Assembly: GCA_965222115.1 (NCBI GenBank) | Contig: CBDCTJ010000007.1 | Span: forward strand, 3,006,731 to 3,070,730 | From: Planctomycetota bacterium | GTDB lineage: Bacteria; Planctomycetota; PLA2; JAEUHO01 | Direction of reading: 5' to 3' | Length of the DNA stretch: 64,000 bases | In this document: piece after piece, positions 1-9,566 of the stretch | Layout: each line of letters begins with the position of its first letter | How positions within the stretch are numbered: the first letter of the stretch is position 1 | Translations under genes and position numbers: made by a program | Notes under the pieces: model-generated | What the model was told of the DNA's origin: nothing | The model's input: only the letters and a program-made list of their open reading frames with translations | The model's database searches: none

Positions 1-970
1 CATTCGGATTGAGGCGATCGAAGCGTCCGCTGTTGGTTCGGAAAAACCCGTCCACGCCCCAGCAGGAGCAGCAGAGGTTTCGTCCGACATCCAACCCCCA
101 GTAGCCGCAGTCGTCGGCAGCATCGTCGCCGCTAAATAGTGCCGCGCCGAAGACACCGCGAACGTGCCACTGGGTTTGATTGTTCTCGCAGGGAAGTCCT
201 GGGCCACAAAGGTCTAGGTTCCAGTCCGGGCCGCAGGTCCTGCAGACATCGCGCGTCTTACATGCGACGCTGGGTTCGGGCTGAGGCGCAGCCTGGACTT
301 CGGTTCGAGTGGCGACGGGCTGTGTGACAACAGGTTGAATAGCGACCGGCTGAGGTGCGACATAGGTGTGTGTCACAGCCGGGGCGCATGGCGTCGATAC
401 GGCCACGGCACCTCCACACGGATCCGCGCAGGGCCCGGTCATGGCGATAACCGGTTCCCCACTTGGGGCGGCGTATGAGATGCCCGGCACGCTCGCGTCA
501 ACGTAGGGCGCGGTGGACGCGGATCCCACGCCAGTATAGCCGCCGCTCGCCGTGGCACCCTCCGTGTGGGTTCCAGCCGCGTACGAACCGGTAGACACAC
601 CTTCGCTCCCATACAAAGGTGTTCCGTTGCTCACCGCGCCTGATGGGGTCGTGACGCCCCCAGAGGCCAACCCAGGAGGGGAGGCCAACCCAGGAGGCGT
701 TGCCGTGCTCAGATAGTCTGACGCCGATGCTACGGCCCCTTCAGTTGCGTTTGCCGGAGCCGCAGGGCTAACTGGGGATGCGGCGCCGGCCGTGGATGAG
801 TAGTAGCCCGAGTCGGTGGCCGGAATGCTGCCGTCGATAGTGTCGTCGGAATCACTTCCGAAGATACCGCCACTAGACGGCATGGCGGGTGATACGGCAC
901 AGCTAGCCATTGAAACGGCGATCACGGCGCAAAAAACTGCCCATCCACTGAACTTTGATTGCAAGGACAT
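1..970 (-). CDS. Secreted Cys-rich protein, possibly a lipoprotein. 3'-partial: it continues past the window start and is missing from the ORF track because no stop codon lies in the window.
   Basis: ATG at 970-968 is preceded by a GGGAGGAG Shine-Dalgarno. The hydrophobic N-terminus carries a lipobox-like SMASC. A Ser/Gly/Ala/Thr/Pro-rich region contains a tandem PPGLAS-PPGLAS (18-nt direct repeat near 667-702). The C-terminal part is Cys-rich (CKTRDVCRTCGPDWNLDLCGPGLPCENN...CCSCWGVDGF). My hand translation reaches position 1 in frame with no stop. Confidence 0.5.
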   Translation of the reverse strand, partial: MSLQSKFSGWAVFCAVIAVSMASCAVSPAMPSSGGIFGSDSDDTIDGSIPATDSGYYSSTAGAASPVSPAAPANATEGAVASASDYLSTATPPGLASPPGLASGGVTTPSGAVSNGTPLYGSEGVSTGSYAAGTHTEGATASGGYTGVGSASTAPYVDASVPGISYAAPSGEPVIAMTGPCADPCGGAVAVSTPCAPAVTHTYVAPQPVAIQPVVTQPVATRTEVQAAPQPEPSVACKTRDVCRTCGPDWNLDLCGPGLPCENNQTQWHVRGVFGAALFSGDDAADDCGYWGLDVGRNLCCSCWGVDGFFRTNSGRFDRLNPN

Positions 971-1261
971 ACTGGCTCCTCCCAAGTAAGACGACAAATC
1001 GTCGCCTCCTTAAGGCACGGCTTCCAAGACGTGCTACCTAGTTGACAGGCCGTGCCGAATGCGACTCGTGCCGTCCATGACGGCAGACTACTAACTGACT
1101 CGCCTCCCTCAAAGATCGGCAATTCGATTTGGTGAAATAAAGGTCATATCGCGAGCCTAAGTGGGCATTCTGCGGTCACCGGCTTGTCAGCGGCTGGAGC
1201 GGCCTCTTTGCGATGTGGGGACCGAGGAACTCCCTATCCACGTTTAGACGTAAGAAGGGGA

Positions 1262-1346
1262 TGGTGGCTGGGGACGGATTCGAACCGCCGAAGGCTAAGC
1301 CAGCAGATTTACAGTCTGCCCTCGTTGACCACTTGAGTACCCAGCC
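1262..1346 (-). tRNA. tRNA-Tyr (anticodon GTA), 85 nt, CCA encoded
   Basis: The reverse complement folds as a cloverleaf. Acceptor GGCTGGG/CCCAGCC pairs perfectly over 7 bp. D-arm is TACTCAAGTGGTCAACGAGGG. Anticodon stem GCAGA/TCTGC closes loop CTGTAAA (GTA). The long variable arm GGCTTAGCC is typical of Tyr. T-arm is GGCGGTTCGAATCCGTC. Terminal CCA is present. Confidence 0.8.
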
Positions 1347-1504
1347 GGGTGGAGTCGTGCCCAGAGCCATCCTGCTTCTGGGCCGGGAAGCGTAGCCGAG
1401 GGATCACACGCGATCGCCAGTTTTTTTGGGCGGTCTGCTCCGCATTTTGGTGAGACGTGGGGAGACGGTGGTCTCGATATCGATCGCTAGCGCTGCGCGA
1501 GCAG

Positions 1505-2443
1505 CTACTTGCCCTTGGCCTCTTTCGCGGGTGCGGCCACGGCACGGATCGACTGAATGGTCACCTGTTCCACGGGGCGCGACCCGGCGGCGACCTTGAC
1601 CTTGCCGATTTTGTCCACAATGTCCATGCCTTTGACCACGCGACCGAACACGGTGTGCTTGCCAGCCAAGTGAGGCGTATCGACCAGATTGATAAAGAAC
1701 TGACTGCCGTTGGTATTCGGTCCTGCGTTGGCGCAAGCAATCACGCCGCGCGTGGGCTGAGACGACTTGAGCTTCGAGTTGTACTTGTATCCAAGGGCCT
1801 GAAAGAATGCCTTGAGCGACATCTTGTTTAGCCGCTCCATCATCTTGGTGTTGAGTTCTTGTTGGCGCGCCTTGATTGCCTCGGTGTCGTTGGGGGCGAT
1901 GCCCTCGTCCTTCAGCAACTGGGGCTGCACCACACCGCGAACGACTTGCATCAAGCTTCGTTGGTCGCTTGCGATTCGCGGATGCGGCTTTCCATTCGAG
2001 AACGCCATGAGTTTGTCGAGCCCCAAAGAATCGGGGTTGATTTCGTCTTCGTAGGGCTTACCGATGCCACCCCCGCCGTCGCCACGCTGGCAACCGCCTT
2101 GAATCATGAATCCCTTGATGACTCGATGAAAGATCAGGCCGTCGTAAAAGGGGCGCTTCACCATCTTCTTGGTTTTGTGATCTTCAAACTCAAGCGTGCC
2201 TTCGGCCAGACCTAAGAACGTGGAGACGGTCTTGGGCGCTTGGTCGCGAAACAACTCCACGATGATGGTTCCGTGGTTGGTCTTGATCGCTGCGTGGGGA
2301 CGATCCCCCCCCGTAGCCGCGGCACCCTTCTCGGCCTTGGCGTCGCCCGTTTTGGTTGGCGCACCGTCTTCGGCACAGGCAATGGGCAGGCACGCAGCCA
2401 ATGCGAAGGATGCGACGAGACAAATTGAAGAAAATCGGGACAT
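1505..2443 (-). CDS. Peptidyl-prolyl cis-trans isomerase, cyclophilin type, secreted or lipoprotein
   Basis: Cyclophilin motifs HRVIKGFMIQGG and GSQFFI are present. N-terminal signal is MSRFSSICLVASFALAACLPIAC. There is an insertion inside the cyclophilin fold. Confidence 0.85.
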   Translation of the reverse strand: MSRFSSICLVASFALAACLPIACAEDGAPTKTGDAKAEKGAAATGGDRPHAAIKTNHGTIIVELFRDQAPKTVSTFLGLAEGTLEFEDHKTKKMVKRPFYDGLIFHRVIKGFMIQGGCQRGDGGGGIGKPYEDEINPDSLGLDKLMAFSNGKPHPRIASDQRSLMQVVRGVVQPQLLKDEGIAPNDTEAIKARQQELNTKMMERLNKMSLKAFFQALGYKYNSKLKSSQPTRGVIACANAGPNTNGSQFFINLVDTPHLAGKHTVFGRVVKGMDIVDKIGKVKVAAGSRPVEQVTIQSIRAVAAPAKEAKGK

Positions 2444-2573
2444 AGGTGGGGTCCTCTTGACGGTTCAGATGTCGCTCATGGGAAAGCGCTCCGAAGGGTA
2501 ACGCGACGTGTGGGCCGTAGAAGAAATCCGAAGCGCCCGGGCCCCTAATTGGCCCATCGGGCAGATTTTTCGA

Positions 2574-3377
2574 CTATCCGGACGTGCCAAGGGTCGGCTT
2601 CTTGGTTCCGTACCACGCGTAGAGGGCATCGCCCGGACACTCGGTAGCCTTCAAGTCGCGGTGCGCCAGCAGACCTTCGACCTTGAGCGCGTGGACCCCA
2701 ACTTGGTGAGCGAGAAACGCTTGAAGGGTCGCGAGTTGTGCCTTGCCCGGCAGCGCCTCCTCAAAGTTGCCAATCACGCTAATGCCAAGATTGCCACCAT
2801 TGTTGCCCGCGCCGGCATGCGCCCCCTGCACGTCAATTCGCCGCCCCTCATACACCTTCCCGTCGCGACCAATCAAGTAGTGATAGCCAATGTCGGCCCA
2901 GCCGCGCTTGTCCTGATGAAGTTCTTGAACCGCTTTCACGAACTCCGCATCGGATTTGTCCTTCACCACATCCAACGTGTCGGTGTGGTGCAGTGTGAGC
3001 CGCTCGATGGGCGTCATGGGATCGTGATTATCGCGCAAATCACTCGCGCCCCACTCTGCGCGCGTCACAAACTCCCACGGCTCCCTCTTCGCGGCGTCCG
3101 GCGCGGACTCAACGATGGGTGACGTAACGTCGGGATAGGAAACAACCACCGGTGGTGTCGCGTGACCGTCATCGTAGCCGGCGCTTGGATAAACAGTCTT
3201 CGGGTAGATAGTGTCTGGCACATACGGCGAAATCGGAGCCTCACGTCTCGGCACACACGACACACGACGAGTCCTTCGGACCGCGCAACCAAACAGGCCC
3301 AACCCCGCTAACGCCGCCAAAATCGAGCGACGAGTTCGATCCGGTGCATGCGGTCCCTCACCCAATCGCTCGCACAT
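2574..3377 (-). CDS. N-acetylmuramoyl-L-alanine amidase (Amidase_2/PGRP fold), Tat-exported
   Basis: Motifs AEWGA, LTLHHT, GYHYLIGRDGKVYEGR, GAHAGAGNN and TECPG match the Amidase_2 family. The listed ORF (to 3506) is over-extended. Internal ATG at 3377 has an AAGGAG SD 7 nt upstream and a twin-arginine signal RRSILAALAGLGLFG. The extra N-terminal extension is produced by two REP-like palindromes. Confidence 0.8.
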   Translation of the reverse strand: MCERLGEGPHAPDRTRRSILAALAGLGLFGCAVRRTRRVSCVPRREAPISPYVPDTIYPKTVYPSAGYDDGHATPPVVVSYPDVTSPIVESAPDAAKREPWEFVTRAEWGASDLRDNHDPMTPIERLTLHHTDTLDVVKDKSDAEFVKAVQELHQDKRGWADIGYHYLIGRDGKVYEGRRIDVQGAHAGAGNNGGNLGISVIGNFEEALPGKAQLATLQAFLAHQVGVHALKVEGLLAHRDLKATECPGDALYAWYGTKKPTLGTSG

Positions 3378-3389
3378 CGCTAGCTCCTT

Positions 3390-3420
3390 TGCGCCAAAAA
3401 TACCTGGTTTCTGTGGCGCA
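3390..3420. repeat. REP-like 31-bp imperfect palindrome, copy 1
   Basis: TGCGCCAAAAATACC-T-GGTTTCTGTGGCGCA. Arms are reverse-complementary around a central CCWGG. Confidence 0.7.
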
Positions 3421-3485
3421 TCCGCAGCGTACGACGTCGTCCCCCCTCCCCCGATAGGTCTAGTAATTGGCCCACCCGCAACCAA

Positions 3486-3516
3486 TGCGCCAGAAATACC
3501 TGGCATTTGTGGCGCA
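3486..3516. repeat. REP-like 31-bp imperfect palindrome, copy 2
   Basis: TGCGCCAGAAATACC-T-GGCATTTGTGGCGCA. Lies 96 bp from copy 1, between two minus-strand genes. Confidence 0.7.
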
Positions 3517-3568
3517 CAACCAACTCAAAATCGGACTGACGCAGATGTGACGCTTACTCATACGGGTC

Positions 3569-3976
3569 TTAAGCGGGTTCCGCGCGAATCGCATGGGCTT
3601 GAAGGTCGGCGAGATCCACGAATTCAAGCGTGGACATATGCGTGGCTTCGAGATCAACGCGAGGCGCCGCGCCGGCCTCCAGGGCTTCTTTCCAACGCAA
3701 GACACACAGGCACCAGTGGTCGCCGGCATGGAGACCCGGAAACGCGAACATGGGCATGGGCGTGCTCAAGTCGTTGCCTCGTGCCTTGCTGAAAGCTAGA
3801 AACTCCTCAGTGGCCTCAATGCACACGCAGTGCAGGCCGGTGTCGCCGTGGCCGGTGTCACACTTCCCGTTTCGATACCAACCGGTCATGGGATCGATTG
3901 AACACGTCTTTAGTTCGGTGCCGAGTACGTTCTTCGCCACGTTCAACTCCTCTGCAATAACGTCAGGGGCCGGCAA
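3569..3976 (-). CDS. DUF2237-family protein
   Basis: Conserved pattern DPMTGWYRNGKCDTGHGDTGLHCVC...EEFLAFSK..GNDLSTP...FPGL.AGDHWCLCVLRWKEA. Assignment is from memory of the family pattern. Confidence 0.6.
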   Translation of the reverse strand: MPAPDVIAEELNVAKNVLGTELKTCSIDPMTGWYRNGKCDTGHGDTGLHCVCIEATEEFLAFSKARGNDLSTPMPMFAFPGLHAGDHWCLCVLRWKEALEAGAAPRVDLEATHMSTLEFVDLADLQAHAIRAEPA

Positions 3977-3990
3977 AACCGGGCTACGAA

Positions 3991-6900
3991 TTATCGTTTG
4001 CGCCGTGGTAAACGAGGTGCGCGCATGCTGGGCACTTTGCTCAAATCGGGCGGCTTTGGATTGACCTTCTTGACGAGTGCTAATGCTTCCTTTACGGCGA
4101 CCTCGAGCTGTGTATCACGACCCTTCTTGGCATCAGCGGGCGTGATGTCAACCGGAATATCGGGGTCGGTGCCATAGTTTTCAACGGCATACCCCACATC
4201 GACAAACCAGTTGGCAAACTCCGGTTGCGTCGTGATCGCACCATCTACAAGCGCGTGACGCGGCCAAATACCAACTACGCCGCCCCATGTGCGCCGACCG
4301 ATCAATGGCCCCAGTCCATAGAGCTTGAAGCAGTGACTGAAGATATCGCCATCTGAACCCGCGCACTCGTTGGTGATTGCCACCATGCAACCCTGGTTGG
4401 GCGCCGAGTCGGGGTAAACGAAGGTACCCATCCACCGAGAGCGGTCATAGCCCACGCGCCGCCGTAACAACTTTTCCAACAGGAGCTGCGACACGTGCCC
4501 GCCCCCGTTGTAGCGCACGTCGACAACCAACCCATCACGTTGGGATTCGTGTTTGAAATAGCGATGAAACTCGCTAAACCCACGCGCACCCATATCGGGC
4601 ACGTGCACGTAGCCGAGCTTCCCTCCACTCTTCTTGTGCACCCACGCGCGATTGGACTCTACCCAGTTGCGATAACGCAAACCGTACTCCGAGCCCAATG
4701 TGGTGACGACAACGTTCCGCGGTTTCGTCGATCCTCGCTGCACGGTTAGCGACACAGCCTGGCGCGCCCGGTTGACGAGCAATGACTGGGGCGTGGTTCG
4801 TGCATCTACAGATCGACCACCCACGGCGAGTAGTTTGTCACCGTCCTTGAGCCCAAGACCCGGTGCCGCTAACGGCGATGCACTCTTGGTCCAACTATCA
4901 CCCTTAACGATATTCGCGATCACCCAAGCACGCTTGCGCGCGTCCCAAGTGAGGTCGGCGCCCAAAAAGCCCTGGTAATAGCCACGAGAGGGATCGTAGT
5001 CGCCGCCGAACTCATAGCTGTGCGACGTCCCAAGTTCACCCTGCATTTCCCACATGACGTCGGAGAGTTCATTGCGCGTAGCAACGCGGTCCACAAGCGG
5101 CAGATACCGATCATATACGGCATTCCAATCCACGCCTGCCATCGATTCGGTCCAGAAGAAGTCGCGCTGCAATCGCCACGCCTCGCGGTACATCTGACGC
5201 CACTCGGCACCCGGATCGACTTCGACACGAACACGTGACAAGGCGATCCAACCCGACTTGGGACTCGCGCCTTCCTTGCGCGTCCCGTCGGAGGCATCGA
5301 AGCCGGCATCGACAACACGCAGACGACTGCCGACCATCATCATGAGATGCTTACCGCTTGCCGTTCCAGCAATGGACGTCACTCGACCTGGGAAGGTGTG
5401 CAGCGTATGGTCATTTAAACCCCATGCCTGCAGCACACCCGTCGCAGGAGGTGGCCCGCCACTGGACCAATCCGGTGCATGCAGTGCGCCTTGAATCGGT
5501 GCCGACACAAAGAACACGCGATCGGCGCCCGCGGCCAAATCATAGTAACGCGCTTCCGGTGCTGGAATGGCCACCACGCGATCCTCGATGCCGTTGAAGT
5601 CGATCTCGACAATGAGTTCGTCCTTCTTTTTGGCCTTGCCCTTCCCTTTTGTGGGTTTGCTTGCCGCTGGCTCTTCCGAAGAGGCGCCTCCTGGCAGTCT
5701 GGGTGTGCGCGTAGCAGCGGGAAATGGCGAGGGCGCATCGCCTCGTAGCGTCACCAAAAACGGGCGCACACCGCGTGGGAACCCAAGATCAAAGTACTGC
5801 GCGTCGTACACGGGGTTGTACACGCGGGCACTGAGGAAATAGAGATAACGACCCTTGGGATCAAACGTAGGCAAGGAGTCGGCAAAGTCCGGTCGGGTAA
5901 TCGTGTGTGTCTTTTTTGACTTCATGTCGTAGATGCACACTGTGGAAGCGTTGCGCGATGCGGGCATGGCAAACGCAAGCCAGCGGCCATCGGGCGACCA
6001 AGACACATGGCGAATCGCCTCAAACTTACTTGTTGCGATTTTCTTGGCCGTCGAAGCCTTCACGTCAACCAGCCACACTTCTTGACGATGGTTGGTAAGC
6101 GCCACCACATCACCGCCCTTGGGAGCCGGTTCCAACGCAAGCGTGAGTCCCAGATTCTTGGCGATCACCTTGGGACGACCGGAGCCATCGACGTTACGAA
6201 CTTCGATGGCCTCTTCGCCCTGTCCATCGTGAACACCCACCACGCGCTTACCGTCGGACAACCAGCGCGTGAGTCGATAGCGCGTAGACGACACCTCGCC
6301 GTGACGCTCAACGACGCCATCCCAGAGCGGCATCGTGTAAAGCCCGCCGCGCACGTTGAGTGCAAGCGAATGTCCCTTGGGATGCAGTGCCGCGTCATCC
6401 ACGTAGTCGCTGGAATCTACGAACTTTCGGGTGCGTGAACTTCGGCTTGACTGCAACCGTATAGCGAGTCGTTTCGAAGTTCCCGACTTCACATGGAAGA
6501 GATAGATGTCGGCGCCCGCGGTGTATACAATGTGTTTGCCGTCGGTGTCGGGCGTGCGCGCGAAGTAGTTCTCATGATCGGTGTGCCGCGTCATGCCCTT
6601 GCCCGAAGGCGTTGCGGAATAGAGGTTGGCGTGTCCCTCTTCATCGGAAAGGAAATAAATACGATTTCCGATCCACATGGGGCCGGCAAGATTGCCCGCG
6701 AGTTCGTCACCGTTCTTTGTCAGCCACGGCTTGAACGCACCGGTTCCCCTTCGATCGATCCACAGTCGTCCACGCGTACCCCCGCGGTACCGCTTCCAGC
6801 GCGCGGGGTCGCCCGTGTTGATGCCAATCACAACACCCTTGCCGCCCGGTTCTTCTGTCAAATCATTGGCGTGGCCCCATCCGAAGCTACGAATATCACC

Positions 6901-7464
6901 GCCCCCGACCGGAACTTCGTGGAGACCCACATCGCCCATGAAAGGCCTGCGGGAAGACGAAGCGAATCGAATCCACTTCCCGTCCTTGCTCCACCCCACC
7001 ACGCCTGTCCGCCACGCCTCATGCGTGAGGCGGCGCACCATGCCCCCGTCCGCATCCATTACGTAGACATCAGCGGGCCCGTCCATTGTGGCGGTAAACG
7101 CGAGCTTGGAACCATCGGGGGAAAAGTGTGGGCTACCTACAACGCTGCCACCGGATGTTATGCGACGTGCAATGCCGCCTGCAATGGCCACGGACCACAA
7201 GTCGCCTTCGCTCAAAAATACGATGCGATCCCCATGGACGGTGGGATGGCGGTAGTAGCCAAATGGGCTAGGTGGTGGGGCACCGCGCGCCACGCCCCGT
7301 GCACGACTCGAGCGCCTCTTTTTCTTGCGGCGCGCCTTCTTCTTACGCGCGGCGGCCTTCTTCTTGCGGCGTGCCTTCTTGGTTGACTTCGATGCCTTCT
7401 TCTTGCGCCCGCGCTTTGCCGCCATCGGTGCTCCTCGTCGCTGAGCATCGCGCGCAAACCGCAC
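3991..7464 (-). CDS. Tricorn protease homologue (peptidase S41B) with N-terminal beta-propeller domains. Carries an unusual ~45-aa Lys/Arg-rich N-terminal tail.
   Basis: Collinear with tricorn hallmarks: HGDRIVF, WKRYRGGTRG, GYVHVPDMG, RYNGGGHVSQ, NECAGSDGDIFS, TWGGVVGI, QPEFANWF, ENYGTDPDI. The true start is uncertain (M1, M14, or an internal GTG before PSPFGYYRHP). Confidence 0.85.
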   Translation of the reverse strand: MRFARDAQRRGAPMAAKRGRKKKASKSTKKARRKKKAAARKKKARRKKKRRSSRARGVARGAPPPSPFGYYRHPTVHGDRIVFLSEGDLWSVAIAGGIARRITSGGSVVGSPHFSPDGSKLAFTATMDGPADVYVMDADGGMVRRLTHEAWRTGVVGWSKDGKWIRFASSSRRPFMGDVGLHEVPVGGGDIRSFGWGHANDLTEEPGGKGVVIGINTGDPARWKRYRGGTRGRLWIDRRGTGAFKPWLTKNGDELAGNLAGPMWIGNRIYFLSDEEGHANLYSATPSGKGMTRHTDHENYFARTPDTDGKHIVYTAGADIYLFHVKSGTSKRLAIRLQSSRSSRTRKFVDSSDYVDDAALHPKGHSLALNVRGGLYTMPLWDGVVERHGEVSSTRYRLTRWLSDGKRVVGVHDGQGEEAIEVRNVDGSGRPKVIAKNLGLTLALEPAPKGGDVVALTNHRQEVWLVDVKASTAKKIATSKFEAIRHVSWSPDGRWLAFAMPASRNASTVCIYDMKSKKTHTITRPDFADSLPTFDPKGRYLYFLSARVYNPVYDAQYFDLGFPRGVRPFLVTLRGDAPSPFPAATRTPRLPGGASSEEPAASKPTKGKGKAKKKDELIVEIDFNGIEDRVVAIPAPEARYYDLAAGADRVFFVSAPIQGALHAPDWSSGGPPPATGVLQAWGLNDHTLHTFPGRVTSIAGTASGKHLMMMVGSRLRVVDAGFDASDGTRKEGASPKSGWIALSRVRVEVDPGAEWRQMYREAWRLQRDFFWTESMAGVDWNAVYDRYLPLVDRVATRNELSDVMWEMQGELGTSHSYEFGGDYDPSRGYYQGFLGADLTWDARKRAWVIANIVKGDSWTKSASPLAAPGLGLKDGDKLLAVGGRSVDARTTPQSLLVNRARQAVSLTVQRGSTKPRNVVVTTLGSEYGLRYRNWVESNRAWVHKKSGGKLGYVHVPDMGARGFSEFHRYFKHESQRDGLVVDVRYNGGGHVSQLLLEKLLRRRVGYDRSRWMGTFVYPDSAPNQGCMVAITNECAGSDGDIFSHCFKLYGLGPLIGRRTWGGVVGIWPRHALVDGAITTQPEFANWFVDVGYAVENYGTDPDIPVDITPADAKKGRDTQLEVAVKEALALVKKVNPKPPDLSKVPSMRAPRLPRRKR

Positions 7465-7497
7465 GGGATCTCAGGGGCCGAGCATCCTACGCGGACG

Positions 7498-7929
7498 TCA
7501 ATCGCCGCAGAACGAATCCTCTTCCGGTTGGCGACGACTGATGTGCGAACACGAAAAACCGCAAAGAATCACCAGCGAAAGGGCCAAGAAGCAACGTCCC
7601 CGAAGCGCGCGCCGGAGCAACAGTCCTTCGCCCGCCGCTCGATCGACAAACAACAACGGCGGCCCATCCGCCGATTTCGGAACGATCAGACGATCACGAT
7701 TGAAGACGATGCATTCCACGGGTCCGAGCCCTTCCACAACGCCATAGCGCTCGGCCGATGGCATCGCGTCCTCGGGCATGGCCAGGAACACGTCGCGCGT
7801 GTCGTTGTCATGGAGTCGGGCAAGAACATGGACGGTTTCACTGCGAGCGTACTCCGCCCAGAGCGACAGGGCGGCGATGAGCAGCGCGCCCACGATGCAC
7901 AGCCAGGCACACAATCTTGCCGTTGACAT
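7498..7929 (-). CDS. Hypothetical membrane-anchored protein
   Basis: 143-aa ORF immediately downstream of 7966..8886 on the same strand. Has an N-terminal hydrophobic segment. Confidence 0.35.
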   Translation of the reverse strand: MSTARLCAWLCIVGALLIAALSLWAEYARSETVHVLARLHDNDTRDVFLAMPEDAMPSAERYGVVEGLGPVECIVFNRDRLIVPKSADGPPLLFVDRAAGEGLLLRRALRGRCFLALSLVILCGFSCSHISRRQPEEDSFCGD

Positions 7930-7965
7930 GATCGAACCGCCGTCGCCTCGACGGCAACGATCCGA

Positions 7966-8886
7966 CTACTTCTTCTCGGGCTCGCCCGCGGCGTCTTCCT
8001 TTTCTTTCTCTTCCTTCGGCTCCGCCACCTTGTCTTTGTTTGCCGGGTTCGCGGGCGGATTGCCTTCGGCCGTTGGCGCCTCGGTCTTTGCCGGCGCTTC
8101 CTTCTTCGCAACGGCCGGCATGATCTTGCCCAGAAGGACCACATCGACCAGCCACTTCTGCGCAACGGCCGGCGTGCCCACCGCGTCGTTCAGAATTTCG
8201 TGCTGTTTTAGATCGATAAAGAAGCTGCCTTTCACGCGGGCAAGATTCTTGCCCATGTGCTTCATCTCGGGGACGTGTTGCACATTGGCGAGAATACTCA
8301 CCGGTTGCGTGACGCCGCGCATAGTCCACTCACCGTAGATGTCCCACACCGTGTTGCCAACCCGCTGCGCACGAATCAATCGCAATTCCAAACTGGGATT
8401 GGATTCGGCGTCGAGCCACGCGCCGCCTTGCAGTTTCTCGTTGCGACTCTTATCACCGGTTCGCAACAACACCGCAGGTACGGTAAACGAACCCGTGGCA
8501 CCGCCGCGGGCGTCCACATCTACGGTGCCGATGAGCCCGGAATCGGGAATGGCGTCGGCTTCGGCGCTGAAGTCCACGAACGCAATCTGGCGCTCAACTG
8601 AATCGCCCACACACATCACGCTCTGCTTGCCCATCCACGGAAACACAATGCGGCAGGCACCGGATGGAATCGGGTTGCCCGCTTCAAGGGCGCGAATCAC
8701 CGCGTTGTTGCCAATCACACCCCCAGGCGCCACACCGGGAGGACAGTCTTCGGCCTGGCTGGTTTGCGTTAGAGCGGGAACCGCAACAATCGCGAGGGCG
8801 CCCAAAGCAAGTACGCCGATGAGAGCACGCAAGGCAACGGCCCCCCGCGCGCTTGAGGTGGTTGTTGACCTGCAGGAATGTGACAT
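7966..8886 (-). CDS. Hypothetical secreted protein, possibly YceI-like, with a Lys/Glu/Pro-rich C-terminal tail
   Basis: Signal-peptide-like N-terminus (LALGALAIVAVPALTQTSQA). C-terminal tail is KKEAPAKTEAPTAEGNPPANPANKDKVAEPKEEKEKED. Similarity to YceI is weak and from memory only. Confidence 0.4.
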   Translation of the reverse strand: MSHSCRSTTTSSARGAVALRALIGVLALGALAIVAVPALTQTSQAEDCPPGVAPGGVIGNNAVIRALEAGNPIPSGACRIVFPWMGKQSVMCVGDSVERQIAFVDFSAEADAIPDSGLIGTVDVDARGGATGSFTVPAVLLRTGDKSRNEKLQGGAWLDAESNPSLELRLIRAQRVGNTVWDIYGEWTMRGVTQPVSILANVQHVPEMKHMGKNLARVKGSFFIDLKQHEILNDAVGTPAVAQKWLVDVVLLGKIMPAVAKKEAPAKTEAPTAEGNPPANPANKDKVAEPKEEKEKEDAAGEPEKK

Positions 8887-9022
8887 GATCGAACTCCTCG
8901 AACTGGGGTGAGTCGGCCCTTCAAGACATCCGCCTAAGACAAACGGAGAGGGCGTACGCCAATTGTGCCGATGTTCACGGGCTGGTCAATGCGGGTTCGG
9001 GTCATTGGCCCCACGAGATCGT

Positions 9023-9565
9023 TCACGTTTGCGACGTCGGCTGTACTTCGGTGTTCTGGCCATGACACTTCTCGATGGATGCGTGATCGTCAATCCATCG
9101 ACCGATCGTGCTTCCAAGTGCGAGGTGGTGCGCGTAATGGAGGTGCAGGCACTTTACTGCATCCCAGTTTTCAATCCCGCCAATACCTCGTGACTGAAAC
9201 TTCGTCCACCAAGGCTCCAGCCTGACACACGCAATATCGTCCGCGCGCAACGCTTGATGACGCCGGGCAATATAGGCGCGATGGTCCTGGTGGACGCGGG
9301 AACGAAATGTTGCATCGGACTGGATGTGCTGTTGCAACCACTGAATCGCACCCCCGTGTTCCAGGCGTGAGATCTGTTGCACAACCGACGTGCAGGTAAG
9401 CCAGAACAGCGTTGGAAAGGGCTCCACGGTTTCGTTTCGCTCGCGTCCCTGGCTACGCTTTAGCGGGTAACACTGTCGCACCAATTCGTGCCCCGCCGGG
9501 CAGTTCAAAATGACCTCGGAAGACACGCCGGCGTGAATCAGTCGTGGGCGCGGGGCGGTCATGGG
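9023..9565 (-). CDS. Conserved hypothetical protein
   Basis: 180-aa frame starting at an internal Met (MTAPRPRLIHAG). Placed there to avoid overlap with ung. No confident family assignment. Confidence 0.4.
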   Translation of the reverse strand, partial: PMTAPRPRLIHAGVSSEVILNCPAGHELVRQCYPLKRSQGRERNETVEPFPTLFWLTCTSVVQQISRLEHGGAIQWLQQHIQSDATFRSRVHQDHRAYIARRHQALRADDIACVRLEPWWTKFQSRGIGGIENWDAVKCLHLHYAHHLALGSTIGRWIDDHASIEKCHGQNTEVQPTSQT

Positions 9566-9566
9566 G

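Noticed and set aside
139-327. Arg-rich 62-aa ORF and neighbouring small ORFs at 139-1545
   Set aside because: They overlap the edge-truncated minus-strand CDS or the tRNA-Tyr gene and have no RBS.
6493-7386. 297-aa plus-strand ORF antisense to the tricorn protease gene, together with similar long antisense ORFs (8339..8911, 10350..10787, 27077..27697, 50190..51119, 53401..54237, 62293..63472)
   Set aside because: Each is embedded in the opposite strand of a gene with strong family motifs. High GC makes long antisense open frames common.
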